Positions 1 through 13,985 of a stretch of DNA of 64,000 bases are shown piece after piece (the stretch's first letter is position 1; each line of letters begins with the position of its first letter). This DNA is from the human T2T-CHM13v2.0 reference genome, Homo sapiens: NCBI RefSeq assembly GCF_009914755.1, contig NC_060933.1. The stretch is one strand, 5' to 3'. The notes beneath the pieces were generated by a model. That model ran no database searches. It worked only from the letters and a program-made list of their open reading frames with translations, and was not told the origin of the DNA. A program made the translations under genes and the position numbers.

Positions 1-84
1 CCATCATCCAGAAAGCTAATGACCAGGTATGTGGGTTAAGCCCTTTACTTCCTTTTTTTTAAATTATTTTTACAGAGAAGAAGT

Positions 85-606
<522 letters not shown>

Positions 607-1849
607 AAAATTTTGCTGTTTTTTTTCATTCCCGTGATCCTTACATTTTGATAGCATTATAAATTTTTTCCCTAAAAATTAAAGGGGAAAGATGAAGTAG
701 AAGTAAAACTAAAAGTGTTTGTTTTTCAGGGTGTTTGTTTGTTTGTTTAGTAATTTTAGCACAAGAACCAGGTGAACCAGGTTGTTTGACTTCATTCATT
801 CATTTTCTTTCCAACATGAATATTATGATTGACTATGCATTAATCAGAGTCTTTTGCAGATATGAGAGGGGAGGGGGTTGGAGGTGAGAGGAGAGGGAGT
901 TGGAGCTAAAGGCAAACTTTTAGTCACCCCTTCCACAGTTCTTCTTGGAACAATCGTAAATATCTGCCATGTGTTGTTCACTTAGGTAACATTTAAAGCA
1001 CCAGGCCAGATGCTGTGAGAGACATAAAGCATTATGTAAGTCAGAGATCCCTGTTGATTATAATCAGGATTGAAAGATAACACATATGTCTATAGGAAGT
1101 TAAATAAGAACTTTGGAGTCTGACTGAAAGAAAATGAGTGCACAAAAAGCAAATCAGACTGGGCTTAAGAGGGTTTAAGAGATGGTGATTTTCTCACTCT
1201 GTCATTGACATAATGTTGCCTGTGGTTAAGCACGAAATCAATGGCTGAGATGGTAAGTGTTGCATGGCTTATTGGTAGATCAAAGCATGACTGTTATGAA
1301 TGATTGACTGAGTTGAATACAGTCATCTGAGAAGGCTTCATGGCAGGGGTAGAAACTGAACTATGCCTTGAAGGATATGTAGGAGTTGGAAAAGCAAAGA
1401 GAAAATAAAGGATGCAAATACTTGTAGGAACTCCAATTTGTTTGGGGAATAAATTTACAATAGGATATTATTTTTGTCATTTTTCTTGCAGCATGGTATT
1501 TTTAAAAGAGATATTTAAAGGCAATTCTCAATAATAATCTGCTCCATGCTGTGCCTGATTCTGGGCCAGATGAAGGTTGAGAGGAAAAATTGGGATTCAT
1601 GGAAAAGGACAGAAGAGGAGGCTGCAGGTGATTTAACAATAGAGTAAGCAGAAAGTTCTTTGTCATCTGTTCATCACCACTGGAGACAAAACAGAAAAGA
1701 TGACTGTTTTAGTGTGAGGGATTTAAATAAATAAGGAAAAGCATTTTGACATCCCCATGACTCTCACTTTAATCAATTATTAAATCTTATCTATTTGCTA
1801 TTTTAATAATTTTGAATTCACTCACCTGCCTGTCTGAAATGCCAAATTC

Positions 1850-2350
1850 TTAAGCCACCATCTCCTTTTGTCTAGATGATCATAGGAGTCTTCGGCCACT
1901 TTACCATATTCATTCTTCTCTCACTCTCTGCCAAATGAACAATCTTTAATAAAAGCAAATCAGATCATGGCAGTTTTCTTCCTTAAAACCTTTCTATAAT
2001 TTACTATTCTTAGAATTAATTCCAAACTTTATAGCAAGACCTACTTGTTCCTGCATCCCAGGCCCTGCCTCTTCTCCAGCATCACTGCACGTCCACATTG
2101 CCTGGGCCCTTTATGTTTCAACCATATGGCCGTGGTTTTTTTTCACTTCAGGAACTTCCTATATAGGATTCCCTTTGACAGGAATATATTTCTCACCCTC
2201 ACTTAATTCCTATACATCCAAAGATCAGTTTTTCATGGGACAGTTTCCTGGCCCCCTAGCCTATGTTAAATACCGCATTATAGGCTCTGGGGAGACATCG
2301 TTTTTATCCCACTTGTAATGACTTGTTTAATATCATCTTTCCAAAAGACA
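1850..2350 (+). mobile_element. L2 LINE fragment
   Basis: Diverged L2 motifs: aaagcaaatcagatcatg, ccttaaaaccttt, aattccaaacttt. Confidence 0.6.
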
Positions 2351-2405
2351 CTTAGTGTACAACTGTTGAACAAAATAGGCAAGAAGTTGTGAAACTTAGT
2401 AATAC

Positions 2406-2459
2406 ATTCAGACATTAAAGAAAGACAATTAGTAATTCAGACATTAAAGAAAGACAATT
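2406..2459. repeat. Tandem duplication, 29-bp period
   Basis: attcagacattaaagaaagacaatt at both 2406-2430 and 2435-2459. Confidence 0.9.
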
Positions 2460-3078
2460 TGTCCAATGATAAGTGACATCGATGAAAGAGAAGATACAGA
2501 GTAAGTATCAGGAATTTTAGATAAGGAAAGCAGTTTGCAGTATTAAAAAGAATGGTCAGTATGTCTCTATATCATACAAAAATTAACTCCAGAAATATTA
2601 TAGTGTTAAATGTAAATCTTAAAATATAAAGCAATGGCCTCAGTAAAGCCTGGTGTGGACTAGTAAGTCATTAATAAATGTTTGTCAAGGAGATTAATGA
2701 GCAAAAATTTCAGATCATACTCATTTAAAATTCTAAAGTTGGTTTAGCCCCACTATGCACACAGTGCTCCCCTGACTGCGTAGCAGTGCAGGCAAACCAT
2801 GGCCAACCCCAGCATTGTCTCAGTTCTGCTATGAAATCTCCTGTGGTAAAAGAGAATTTCTCTCACTTCTTTTTCCTGTCTCCTGTGAGATTCCAACAAG
2901 GTCTAACAGAGCTAATTAGTTACCCTGTCGCTAGGGCATAGGGACTTCCTGGCAGTGATTTCTGAGGGTGCCAGAAGATCTATTGAAAAAAAAAAAAAAA
3001 CACTGTTCCAGAGAGTAGACATGCAGATAGATTTGGTATTTCAACTCCTGGATTGCTGTCTCTGTCTTTATGTCTCTC

Positions 3079-3079
<1 letters not shown>

Positions 3080-3144
<65 letters not shown>

Positions 3145-3196
3145 TTTCTCTCTCTCTCTCACACACACACACATACACACACACAAACACACACAC
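3080..3196. repeat. Compound microsatellite (GT)32-(CT)n-(AC)~18
   Basis: Read directly. Confidence 0.97.
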
Positions 3197-3777
3197 TTTC
3201 TCTTCCTGTCTCCCCTTCTGAAAAACAAACAGCTTGGCTCCTGGGCAGCTTAGCTTTAAATTGGAAAATGCAGCCTTGCTTGGCAGAACAACAGTATCAC
3301 AGCCTCCCCACTGCTCAGAACAGCTTGTGACATACATCCCTGCAGGCAAGACCATAAAGGGCTGTCTAATATACTGGAACCACCACCTCCAAAAATACTT
3401 TCCTGTACAGCTTTTTCAGAATTCTAGTCTCTCAGGGCATTTCCTTTCTTCTCCTGCAATTTGTTACTCTGGAATTGATCCTTGGCTTCTTTCCTCCCTG
3501 CTTAATTAATGATCCTCATCTCTTGAGTCATTAGAAACCACTGTGGCCCTGGAGATGAGAACTAGTGCAGACATCAAAGGGCAATGGAGAGGAATCAGTG
3601 ACAGGACAGGAGTTCTGAAAGGGCACTTTGGTCCCTCTGACTTTAATAACATAACAAATGTCCCTTTTAAGCCACTTCAGAGAATCCCAGATTCAAACAA
3701 GAGCTTCTATCTACCTCTCCTCCCTGCTCATCTCAAAAATACAAAATCTAGATTGAAGCCAGCTCTTGCATCATTCT

Positions 3778-4130
3778 TGTATTAGTCTGTTCTCACACTG
3801 CTGATAAAGACATATCTGAGACTGAGTAATTTATAAAGGAAAGAGGTTTAATTGACTCACAGTTCCACATGGCTGGAGAGGTCTCAAAATCAAAGGCAAA
3901 GGAGGAGCAAAGTCTTACACAGTGGCAGGTAAGAGAGCTTGTGTAGGGAAATTCCCCTTTGTAAAACCATAAGATCTCCTGAGACTTATTCACTATCATA
4001 AGAACAGCATGGGAAAGACCTGCCCCTATGATTCAATTACGTCCCACCAGATCCCTCCTACAACACATGGGAATTATGGAAGCTACAATTCAGGATGAGA
4101 TTTGGGTGGGGACACAGCCAAACCATATCA
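3778..4130 (-). mobile_element. THE1 (THE1B/C-like) MaLR solo LTR
   Basis: tgtattagtc...gggacacagccaaaccatatca; perfect 5-bp TSD ATTCT (3773-3777, 4131-4135). Confidence 0.93.
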
Positions 4131-4329
4131 ATTCTAATTCTGTCCTAAAGGATAGTGGCACCTAATAAGTCTCCCTCTGCCATCCCTCTTGCATTCTCTT
4201 AGCCATAGTTAATAAAGGGACTCTAACATCCTTAACTTGCATTCAACAACCCAGTCACTATCTGCAGTGCTACTTTCCTTGGTGTCTTTTATGTGCTGGC
4301 CAAACTTGCCTAACCCTAATTTCATACCA

Positions 4330-4670
4330 TAGATACGATATGGGATGTTCTGTTCCATACTTTGCTCATTCCATTCCTTATGACTAGAAATCCTTCTCCT
4401 TCCTCCTGGGCCTCTTCATAACTAACCTGTCCTCACAGACCTAGCTCAACTATCATCCATGGAAAAATTCTACTTCCTATGAATTCTCATTCTCTATGTT
4501 ATTTTTTAAAATAGATTCTGCATTTCCATCTGCATATACTCTCTTTCTAGGTTGTAAGCTACCTGCTGTCAATGACTGCTTGACTCACATTTGCATGACT
4601 CAAAGCCTAAGATAAGGCCTTGAACCCAGAAGGTACTTAACACATTATTGGATGGGTGGGTGAATGGATA
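4330..4670 (+). mobile_element. L2 3' end fragment
   Basis: ttgtaagct...aggtacttaacacattattggatgggtgggtgaatgga, typical of L2 tails. Confidence 0.55.
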
Positions 4671-6039
4671 AAGTGGAACCTTTTTCTCAATGCTCGTCTT
4701 CAAAATAATTTAGTTAAAGGCATTATGACATGAGGAACACTAAAGGCTTTCTAAAATATGGCCCATTTTACAATAGACTTCAACATAATGCAAGTTCATC
4801 TTAAGCCTTATGTATATTTTTTATTGAAAGAGTGTAAGAGACCACAACAAAACAATCCTTGACCTTTTATGTAGTCAGTCCTACAACCTGAATCATAATG
4901 GCAATGTAATAGGGGTTTCATTATTAATTTTGTTGTTGATAACTTCAGTTACTTTTTTATATTTGAAATTTTATAACCAAAGCAAGAAGAGAATACAAAT
5001 ACGTAAGTATGCTTAAGAATCATATTCATTACTTTTAAGTTGAGAGCAATGACAACATATTCTTGGCCTATTTTCTCTCCAGACTTTAAACCAAGTACTT
5101 TTGCTGGGGACTTTCCCAATGTCTCATCCCTTTTGGGGTGTGTGTGTCTGTGTGTCTGTGTGCTTCAGTTCTTTCTCCACTGCTTTAAGGTCTCAGTTTA
5201 ACTGAGCATCCAAAACTCATTTTCTTTCAGCCTTTGATTTTATTGAAGGAAACATTAACTCACTACTTTCTAATTAAGCAAATCTCTTTGTGCCCTTCTA
5301 CTTTTTGTGGCCATTTTTTTCTAGTGGAAAAATAGAGGTAAACAATAAGAACAATTTTAAAAAGAAATTAGGGCAATGCCCTTCTAGTCTGGGGATGGTG
5401 TTTTCCTACTTAGCAGTTCTCCTCGTGGTGGACCGTAAGATAATTCAGGATACTCCCTTCCCATTAGTTTATTTTGACATTATCATGCTTTCTGCTTTCT
5501 TCTCAACTGCTTCAGGTCACCTGCTGAGTTTTGTGGTTGGCATCATTCTTGTTCTTATTGTTGTCTTAAAAAGACTAGTCTCTAACAGAGATGGCTTACT
5601 TTTTTAGATGAACTCAGACTTTTAAAAAAAAATTGCTTTTTGTTACATGTTATCAAATGTTATCAAGGTATATATCTTTTTAAAAAATAATCTAAAGTGA
5701 TTTTTTTCATAATAATGAAGTCCCAGAGGTAGAATTCAATAGAATCATCTCTCTTTTCAATTTTATATTTGAAAATGTGTTCTGGTTTACATTTTTATGT
5801 CTAGGACTTCCAAATACTTTATTTTTCACTATTCTTTGGGTCCAAGGTAGAGTGAGTTCTATCTAGTTGCAGTAGGCAGAGATGATTGACCTGAGACTTA
5901 GATTAAGACCATATTGTTGAGTTCTTTCAAGACCTGCTGAGGATTGACCCAAGACCTAAGAGTCAATCAGGAGCTTAAAAAAACTGATCTAGGGCCAATG
6001 TAGAATCAAATGATGGAGCTGAGTAGCTGAGGGACGTTG

Positions 6040-6190
6040 TTTATATTAACAATTACTGTGTACCTACTATGTGCCAAGCACTGTATGAAGTGCTAAGGTT
6101 ACTGTGCTGACCAAGACAAACATGGTCCTGGCTCATGGAGCAAAGTTGACAGTCCAGAAAAATAAAGATATGAAACAATTACACAATACA
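6040..6190 (-). mobile_element. L2 3' end, interrupted by the THE1 and Alu that follow
   Basis: tacctactatgtgccaagcactgt...aagacaaacatggtcctggctcatggagc. Confidence 0.7.
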
Positions 6191-6193
6191 TAC

Positions 6194-6524
6194 TATATTA
6201 ATCTGTTCTCACACTGCTAATAAAGATATAACCAAGATGGGTAATTTGTAAAGGAAAGAGGTTTAATGGAGTCACAGTTCCACATGGCTGGGGAGGCCTC
6301 ACAATCATGGCAGAAATTAAAGAGGAAGCAAGACACATCTTACATGGCAGCAGGCAAGAGAGAACTTGTTCAGGGGAACTCCTCTTTATAAAACCATCAG
6401 ATCTCATGAGAAAGAACCCCCAATGATTCAATTACCTCCCACTGGGTCCCTCCCATGACATGTGAGATTGTGGGAGCTATAATTCAAGATGAGATCTGAG
6501 TGGGGACACAGCTAAACCATATCA
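6194..6524 (-). mobile_element. THE1 (THE1C/D-like) solo LTR with a small internal deletion
   Basis: THE1 sequence ending ...aaaccatatca; TSD CATAC (6189-6193, 6525-6529). Confidence 0.92.
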
Positions 6525-6613
6525 CATACTAGTAAGAAGTATGATGAAAGTGTGTAATAGACTTGAAGTAGTCTGAGAAGGTGGCAAAACTTTCCCACTG
6601 AAAATGGCATTTA

Positions 6614-6914
6614 GGCCAGACACAGTGGCCCATGCCTGTAATCTCAGCACTTTGGGAGGCCAAAGTGGGAGGATCACTTGAGTCCAGGGGTTTAAGATCA
6701 GCCTGGGCAATGTAGTGAGACTCTATCTTTACAAAAACATTTTAAAAAGGATAGCTAGGCATGGTGGCATGTGCCTGTAATCCCAGCTACTGGGGAGGCT
6801 GAGGTAGGAGGATGACTTGAACCAGGAAGGTCAAGAGTATGGTAAGCTATGATTGCATCACTGCACTCCAGCCTGGGTGACAGAACAAGATCCTGTCTCT
6901 TAAAAAAAAGAAAA
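6614..6914 (+). mobile_element. AluJ
   Basis: Alu dimer with J-type ggaggatcacttgag; 14-bp TSD gaaaatggcattta. Confidence 0.95.
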
Positions 6915-8429
6915 GAAAATGGCATTTAATTGCAGATCTGAAAAACAGGCAGACATTTTCCTAGGCAAATATAGAGGGGTAAGAGTGTTCTAGGCCAGGG
7001 GTCCCCAACCCCAAGACAGCAATGACTGTCTTGCAGACTTTCCATTCAGGCACAGAACTTAATTGTGAACCAGACATATAAGTTCAAAGGATTCATAAAG
7101 GTAAATAGGGCAGCTGAGTCCTGGTCACTTACTTGAGGTCCAGGCAGGGATTCAGGATTAGAGGGAGAATGAGTTATTTGTGATGCACCAGATTTAAGCC
7201 ATAGGAACAAAGCTGAAAGACTAGTCTTATGAACAAGGACAATGTACTGTGGGAGCCCTGAGGAAACCTGGAATTACCCCTGGGTCTAAAAAGTCACTTA
7301 AGAAAAATGTGGGGGCCCAGGTATCCTCACAGTGTTCCTGAGTCTGGGTAGTTTGCAAAGATTTGACTAAATTTCAGATTTCCCTGGATTGTAGGTCTTC
7401 CATTCTTTGTATCTCACTGCTTTAGTCGGGGATAGCTCAAGGGCTGCATTGTGGATCTAGCAGAAAGAAACTGGAGCGAAGAGACTGTAGAGAAGGGCAG
7501 TGCCAATGCCACCCTCTTGTTGTGTCTGGGTCTTCACATTGTCCTTTATAAGCTTTGCAACTCTCTAAAAGTGAACAAAGTATTTCTCTTGAAAGCTCAA
7601 AGAGTGTATTCCTAAATCCCACATCATCTATTGGTGAAATCTATTTTGCACTCACCTGCAATCTCACTGGATGTGTTCCTATCCCTTAATGTCTTTGTTC
7701 TTTAAAAAATAGATTTTTCTAGCTTTGAGAAATTAAATGCAAATTAATTTAAAAATTAAATTTGATCTTAGTTGAGGATCATGTACTGAACAGAAATGAT
7801 TCAGAATAGGGAGGGGTAGCTCAGTATCACTGAGGAAACGAATGCCTATTTAACCTGTGTCAAAGATGAGCTCCCTTTTGGGATCATGGCTTGCTCTGAG
7901 TGTTGGGGAATATGATGAAATGTAACTCTCACGTCTCATTCTTTCTTATCTTTTAATTTTTCCTTTTCTACTCCAACTGCCTTACCTCCAATTAAGATTT
8001 GGCATCATATAGAAATATACCACTCTCCCTTAATTCTAGCCATAATCTCATTTTATTGTGAACCAACCTAATTTTGAGGAACTTCTAGGGAGTTTCACCA
8101 TGTTAAATGTTGTGGAACTCATATTAGAGATGCCTTCAACTTGACCTGGGCCATGGGTCGTGCTGTCACACATATTTGCTTCCAGGAGGCCCCAACACCA
8201 GGGAAAAAGCGTACCACTCAGTAGTGCAGACTGGCTATAACATGTTAAGATGTCTTTTGCAAAATAAAAGATATCTCAATGAATATTCAGTATTTGGTAA
8301 CAGACACACTAAAGGGGAAAAAAAAAAAACAAAATATGCTGCAAGGAGTACTTTTCAGTGTCACTTTATGGTCCCTGGATGAGAAATGTTTTCATGCTCA
8401 ATTATTATTCAGTCAAAACCTAAGTACAC

Positions 8430-8970
8430 CTGATATCTGGTGAGTTAGTTAGGAGGTTTTCTACCTTGGTTGGTGGGAAGAGAAAGTATTCTTGGCCCTG
8501 TGTAAACCCCTATGATTACTTACTCTAATTCTCTTAGACGGTTTCTCTCTGGGCCTTGGGTAGTTTCCACCCATGCATGTGCTCATCAGTACTCTGCTGA
8601 AGACTCAAGGTCCCTCTGCAAACCCCCAAGTGCTCTCTCTCTGCAGCACTTTCCTCTCTGGAACTCTGCCTTGTGAACTTGAGATGCCATGGCCTCCCCA
8701 CATTCCCAGCTCTATCTACCCAACTCAGGGTGATCGCTGGCCACTTGCCTGGATTCCCCTTGTTGTATCATTGCCTAGATACTCTCCAGACTATAAGCTA
8801 GGGCAATCATGGGGCTCACCTCTGCTTGTTCCCATCTTTCAAGGATCATTGCACTTTATTGCCTCATGTCCAATGTCTTGAATACCATTGTCTCATTTAT
8901 TTTTGTCTGTATTTCTCAGTTGTTTCAGGCATGAAATCCTACTTACTTTATCTTGGCTGGAAGCAAAATC
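8430..8970 (-). mobile_element. Old L1 (L1M) 5'-region fragment
   Basis: Resembles L1M 5'-end consensus (ccttgggtagtttcc...gctcatcagtactctgctgaagactcaagg). Confidence 0.5.
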
Positions 8971-8974
8971 CCTC

Positions 8975-9439
8975 CAGAGCTATTTTAAGGTTGTTAAGAT
9001 TGTCTTCAGTGCTCACTTTTTGAGGCCCCAATCCCTAGGATAACAAACCCATAAAGAATAATCTACATCTAAGAGTAAACTTTTATTTCATGGCAAAGTG
9101 AAATGAAAAGATTTTAACTATTCTTTTAAAATCCTTTTCCTGAGTCACTAATTTAATATACAGTTATTTATAGTTTCTCTGCAAAGGATTATTTTTATAT
9201 TTACAGTAGCCTACTTACAAATCATTTTTATATTAATGAAATTGTTGTGAAGACTAAGTTTAATAGTTAATGAAGCTGCTAGAGTTTTACTTTTTCAGGC
9301 GTATTTTTACATATTTTTCATTTGGTTTTGCATATTTTTGATGCCTTTAAACAATTTCTTATGTATTTTCATGGGCTCTTAAATAGCTCACAGGCTCTAG
9401 CAATTGGCCCTATAGTACCTAACGGATAAAACAGCCCTG
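8975..9439 (-). mobile_element. ORSL-related hAT-Tip100 non-autonomous DNA transposon
   Basis: Ends ...cctaacggataaaacagccctg, similar to the ORSL terminus; AT-rich interior. Confidence 0.45.
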
Positions 9440-9678
9440 CTTTCTTCTGGAGTTCAGAGTGTTTTAGTATCACCCATAGACTCTGGGCTTGGGAAGCCCT
9501 TTGTTTCCCCCAGTACAACAAGGCCCTGAGGTAATTTTCAGATTTCCCTCTGTTAGGTATTAGGCAGGAATATGGTTGTCCCCTTGGCTAAAACTGTGAC
9601 TTTTAACCCAGCTAAAGAAGTTTCTTCACCAGCTCAAAAATTCTCATCCTAGGGACTCTGCTCTTAATTCTCCTAAAT

Positions 9679-9920
9679 TAGTAGTTCTCCATCAGGGGAA
9701 GTCTCCATGCCTTTTTTCTCTCTCCCCTTGAAGAGGACATATGGCAAAGTCTGTAGAAATTTTTAGTTTTCACCCTTGGGTGGCAAAGGGAGAATTGCTA
9801 CTATTGGCATTTTGAGGATAGAAGCCGGCAATATTACTAAACATCCAGCAATGTTCAGTAGAGCCCCTCACAACAAAGATCTTGCCTGCAAGATCAACAG
9901 TGACAGAGTTGAGAAAAAAT
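9679..9920 (+). mobile_element. MER20 (hAT-Charlie MITE)
   Basis: agtagttctc...ggacatatggcaaagtctgtaga...taaacatcc...cacaacaaaga...gttgagaaa. Confidence 0.8.
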
Positions 9921-9922
9921 GT

Positions 9923-10140
9923 TCCAGCCTAGGCAACATAGTGAGACCCTGTTTCCACAAAAACTTTAAAAATTAGCTGGACATGGTGGCATGTGCTGTA
10001 GTTCCAGCTACTCAAGAGGCTGAGGTGGGAGGATTGGTTGTACCAGGGAGGTCAATGGTGCAAGTGAGCTGTGATGGCACCACTGCATTCTAGCCTGGGC
10101 AACAGAGTGAGATCCTGTCAGAAAAAGAAAAGAAAGGAAA
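9923..10140 (+). mobile_element. 5'-truncated AluJ inserted at the MER20 terminus
   Basis: Starts at ccagcctaggcaacatagtgagacc; right monomer and A-rich tail present. Confidence 0.9.
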
Positions 10141-11201
10141 AAACACTGCTCAAAAATCAATGTAGGCTCAAAGTGCAGAATTCTTGGGCTTACTTCGAAG
10201 GGTACAATTTTTGGTGGGCTTGTTGTTGCCTAGCTTTTTAGATTTTTATTTTAGTGAACTCTATTAAGTCATTCTAATTTTGAACGGAATCATCATGACG
10301 TTTTAAAAAGATTAATTCAACTTATCCTCTATACAAAGAGCAATTTGTAGCTTCCTTAAAATCAAAAGTGCTGGGCTATTACAAATGACCATGGTCTGTG
10401 ACTTGACCACTAGCAATTTAACTGACATCAAGGCTGGGCAGAAAGGCCCAGTAGGTCATGGAGACCCTTTTGAAGGGCATTTTTATTCTCTGCACATTCT
10501 CTGACTGATCATGTGGCTCTGACTTTGCACAGCTTAGAAATGAAAGAGGTTTGTTCCCCTCCTGCTATCACCATGCTCCATCATCATCCATTTTCTGTAC
10601 CACAGACACAGATACTTTGTAATGGGTAATTATTTTTATTTGTCCCGAGTTACCTAGGAATGATTATATTTCTCATAAACAAGAGGAAAGAAATTATGTA
10701 GAAAATTCCATGGGAGCACGTGAGGTAGCATTGAATCTTTTACTGAAATTCATATTCCAATGAAGTCTGATTCATAATATATTTACCTCCTAGAAATGAA
10801 GAGCTTTATTTGAATTAATTAGCAAGAAACATCAGTGACTGTCAATATTGATTTTTTCTTTGCTTTAAGTTCCTATCTGATGTGGAAATAACCAATTCTG
10901 TAATTCTTATCCTTGAAGTATTCTAATTACGAGAGTTTGTGCATAATGAGCTTCAAGTACATAAACAAATTTTGGTAGCATCTATAGCTCTTCCTAGAAC
11001 TTCATACATTAGACCTGGCATTGTTTTTAGAGTTTTAAAACATGTTAGGCTGATTCTTATCTTTGGAAACCTTTGCTCCTGCTGTTCCTTTTAGCTGAAA
11101 TGCTTCTCTCTCTCGTGTCTGATAGGGGAACACCAACACTATTTTAATCAACTTAGACAAGCTATCTCCTCTAACAAACCTTTACTTATGTTTATTCCAA
11201 C

Positions 11202-11454
11202 TAGGGCTGCATTATTATTTCATGGGCCCTAAGCAGTTTTGTGGGCACCTTTCTTCATGAAAAAATTAAAATTTGTATTTTACAATTGAATTGGCATAAA
11301 ACTGAATATATTAATATTATATATTGAAAACATTTTTGTCTACCTAAAAGTTAACTTTTCTTCTGATTTTAAAATAAAATAAAACATTTTTGTAGACTGC
11401 TAAAAAGTGGGTCCTAGGCACTGTCTACTGTGCCTAAAAGATAACACATCTCTG
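11202..11454 (-). mobile_element. ORSL (hAT-Tip100 MITE) nested in an L2 fragment (~11060-11670)
   Basis: agggctgcattat...gggccctaagca...ttctgattttaaaa...cctaggcactgt...ctactgtgcctaa matches ORSL. Confidence 0.75.
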
Positions 11455-11789
11455 ACCACAAGGGTTAGAATTGATCATTCTTTGGCGCCACCATTATTTC
11501 TTTTGCATATAAGTGCCTATGATACATTGTTATATTTGTTTATATATTTTTCAGTCTCTTCTTGATATCTGTTAGCCCATAGAATACAGGGTATTTGACT
11601 AGCTTATTGCTTCTAGTCATGCCTAATGGGATACCTGGCATAATTTAAGAATAAGTGAATGAATAAATTATATGGCTTGTTATGGTATTTTGAAACCTTT
11701 GTCACCAAGAAACTCAAATTCATGAGAACACAGCAAGGCTGGGCTAAATGAGAATCTTGGTGGCTGCCATATGTGGTACTTCTTCAAAA

Positions 11790-12965
11790 AGAGTTGTGAT
11801 GACTTTTGCTTTGAGAAGATGAAGTAAGACATACTTTTCCCTATTCCTTTCACTAAGTACAACTAGAAAGCTTGGATGCTTTATATAAAAGAAAAGAAGA
11901 CTCAAGAGAGAGAAAAGCCAGACTGGCTAAGGACTTCACAACACAAGGAACAACATAGTAGTGACTTCTCAGGATTTTCTTTTGCCTCAGGTGTCTCAGA
12001 CCTGATATTGGAGAAGCTGGCAACCACAAATGCCAATAGGAGCGGACAAATAATGACCCAAGGAAAGCCTGCTTGTTCTAGCCAAAGGGCCTGGAAAAGG
12101 GTAGCCGGACAAGCCAGACAACTTTTAGATAATAACCTCTTGACCCTAGTCAAACACCACAGAAAAAACTGAGGCCCCACCTCCACCTACTAGAAAGATT
12201 GAATTAAGTGCTTAGATATCCACCCTGGCCAGGAGGTAAGGAGGGTCCCAAAACTCTTGCTGGGTTCAGGACAGAGGCCAAGTGGGGAGCCAGGACTTTA
12301 TTTCTTGATGAGCAATGAGTATCTTCCCTTCCATGGTGTTAAGAGAGAATATGTGGGGAGCCAGGATTCCTACTCCAACAGGCAGTAATGAGGCACTCCT
12401 ACGCGTTCCTCACTGGGATGGTATCAGAGGAAGCCTAATGTGAAGTTAGAAATTTTACGACAAATAACAATGCCACCTTCTTGCAGTATCTGTGGAGGCC
12501 ACCTAGGGGCAGTAATGAGGTACCTCTGTCTCCACCAGGGTGGTATCAGTGGAGGCCTAGTGGGAGTGCTGGACTCCACCTCTGTTAAGCAATAACAAGG
12601 GGCCCCTCTCTACCCATGTATAATAGGAGGCCAAGTGGAGAACCTAGACTTCACCTTCACATGGCAGTTACAAAGTGACATTCCGCCTCCACCCACTTGA
12701 GCAGCGTCAGGGGAGTTACAGTACAGCACAAGATCAAAAGAAAATTTTGAGCCTTATAATATCCTAAGGTTTTAATAATCACTTTTCATACCAAGAATCA
12801 AAAAGATCTCAAACTAATTATGAAAACACAATCAAAAGACACCAATGACAGGATAACATAGATGTTAAAATCCTGAAAAGGATCATAGAACAGCCATCAT
12901 GCAAATGCTTCAGTGGAAAATTACAAATATCTTTGAAACAAATGAAAAAATAGTCTCAGCAAAGA
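11790..12965 (+). mobile_element. Old L1 5' end (L1MCa/L1MDa-like)
   Basis: aagatgaagtaagacatacttttccctattcc...taagtacaacta is characteristic of L1MC/MD 5' ends. Confidence 0.65.
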
Positions 12966-12969
12966 AAGT

Positions 12970-13420
12970 AAGTTTTAATTACTGTAACTTTGTAATATAT
13001 TTTGAAATCAGAAAGTATGATGCCTCCAGCTTTGTTCTTTTGCTCAAGATTGCTTTGGCGATTTGGGTCCTTTTTCCATGGGAATTTTAGGATTTTTTTT
13101 CTATTTCTGTGAAAAATGCCACTTGAATTTTGATAGGAATCACATTAAATCTGTAGATCACTTTGTATAGTCTGGACATTTTACCAATACTAATTATTCC
13201 AATCCATGAACATGGGATGCCTTTTCTTTTTTGGTGTCTTCTTCAATGTCTTTCATCAACATGTACTGTTTTCAGTGCAGATATTTTACCTCTTTAAATT
13301 TATTCCTAAGTATTGTATTCTTTTTCAATGCTATTGTGAATTGACTCATTTTCATAATTTCTTTTTCAGACAGTTCATTGTTAGTGTATAGAAACAAAAC
13401 TGATGTATGTTTTGTATGGT
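12970..13420 (-). mobile_element. L1M ORF2 fragment
   Basis: gatgcctccagctttgttctttt...tctgtagatc...atccatgaacatgggat. Confidence 0.85.
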
Positions 13421-13985
13421 AAGAGTTTTACTAAGGGTGTTTGTTGTTTTTGTTTGTTGTGGTGAAAGGAATGAGAATCTTCCACCATACTAGGTTTTAC
13501 TGAATCATTCTTCAAAATAGTTGTTCCAAATAGCACTTCTTTCAGCTGTGTAGAAGAGCATTTGCTGCTCCATATGGCCAACCTTTGATGCTATCAGAGT
13601 TTTACCTTCTTCCAATTTCATGGATGTGAAACAAAAAATATTATTTTAGTTTTTATAACCTATTAATGAGGTTGTAAATATTTTCATGTTAGTCATCCAT
13701 ATTTCTTCTTTAAATTGACTATACCCATTTTTTCTATTAGGTTGTATAATTTATATAATTTCTATTAAGTTGTTAGTCTTTTCTGATAATTCCCAATATT
13801 AATTTTATTTTGACATTGATTTGTATTTTTTACATCATAAATTGCTTTCAAAAATCTGGATTGGTATAATAATAGTAAGGTAATCAGTATCTGAATTAAA
13901 TGATCTTTGAAATTAAAGTTTAACAAGGAAAGTCTCTGAGTAAAAATGGCTAACTAGTAAAATGTAAATATAAAAGACATCACTA

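Noticed and set aside
2955-3355. ORFs rich in VC/HT repeats
   Set aside because: They are translations of the GT/AC microsatellite, which has no stop codons.
6995-7012. caggggtccccaacccc resembling a MER1 terminal repeat
   Set aside because: No element body or second terminus visible.
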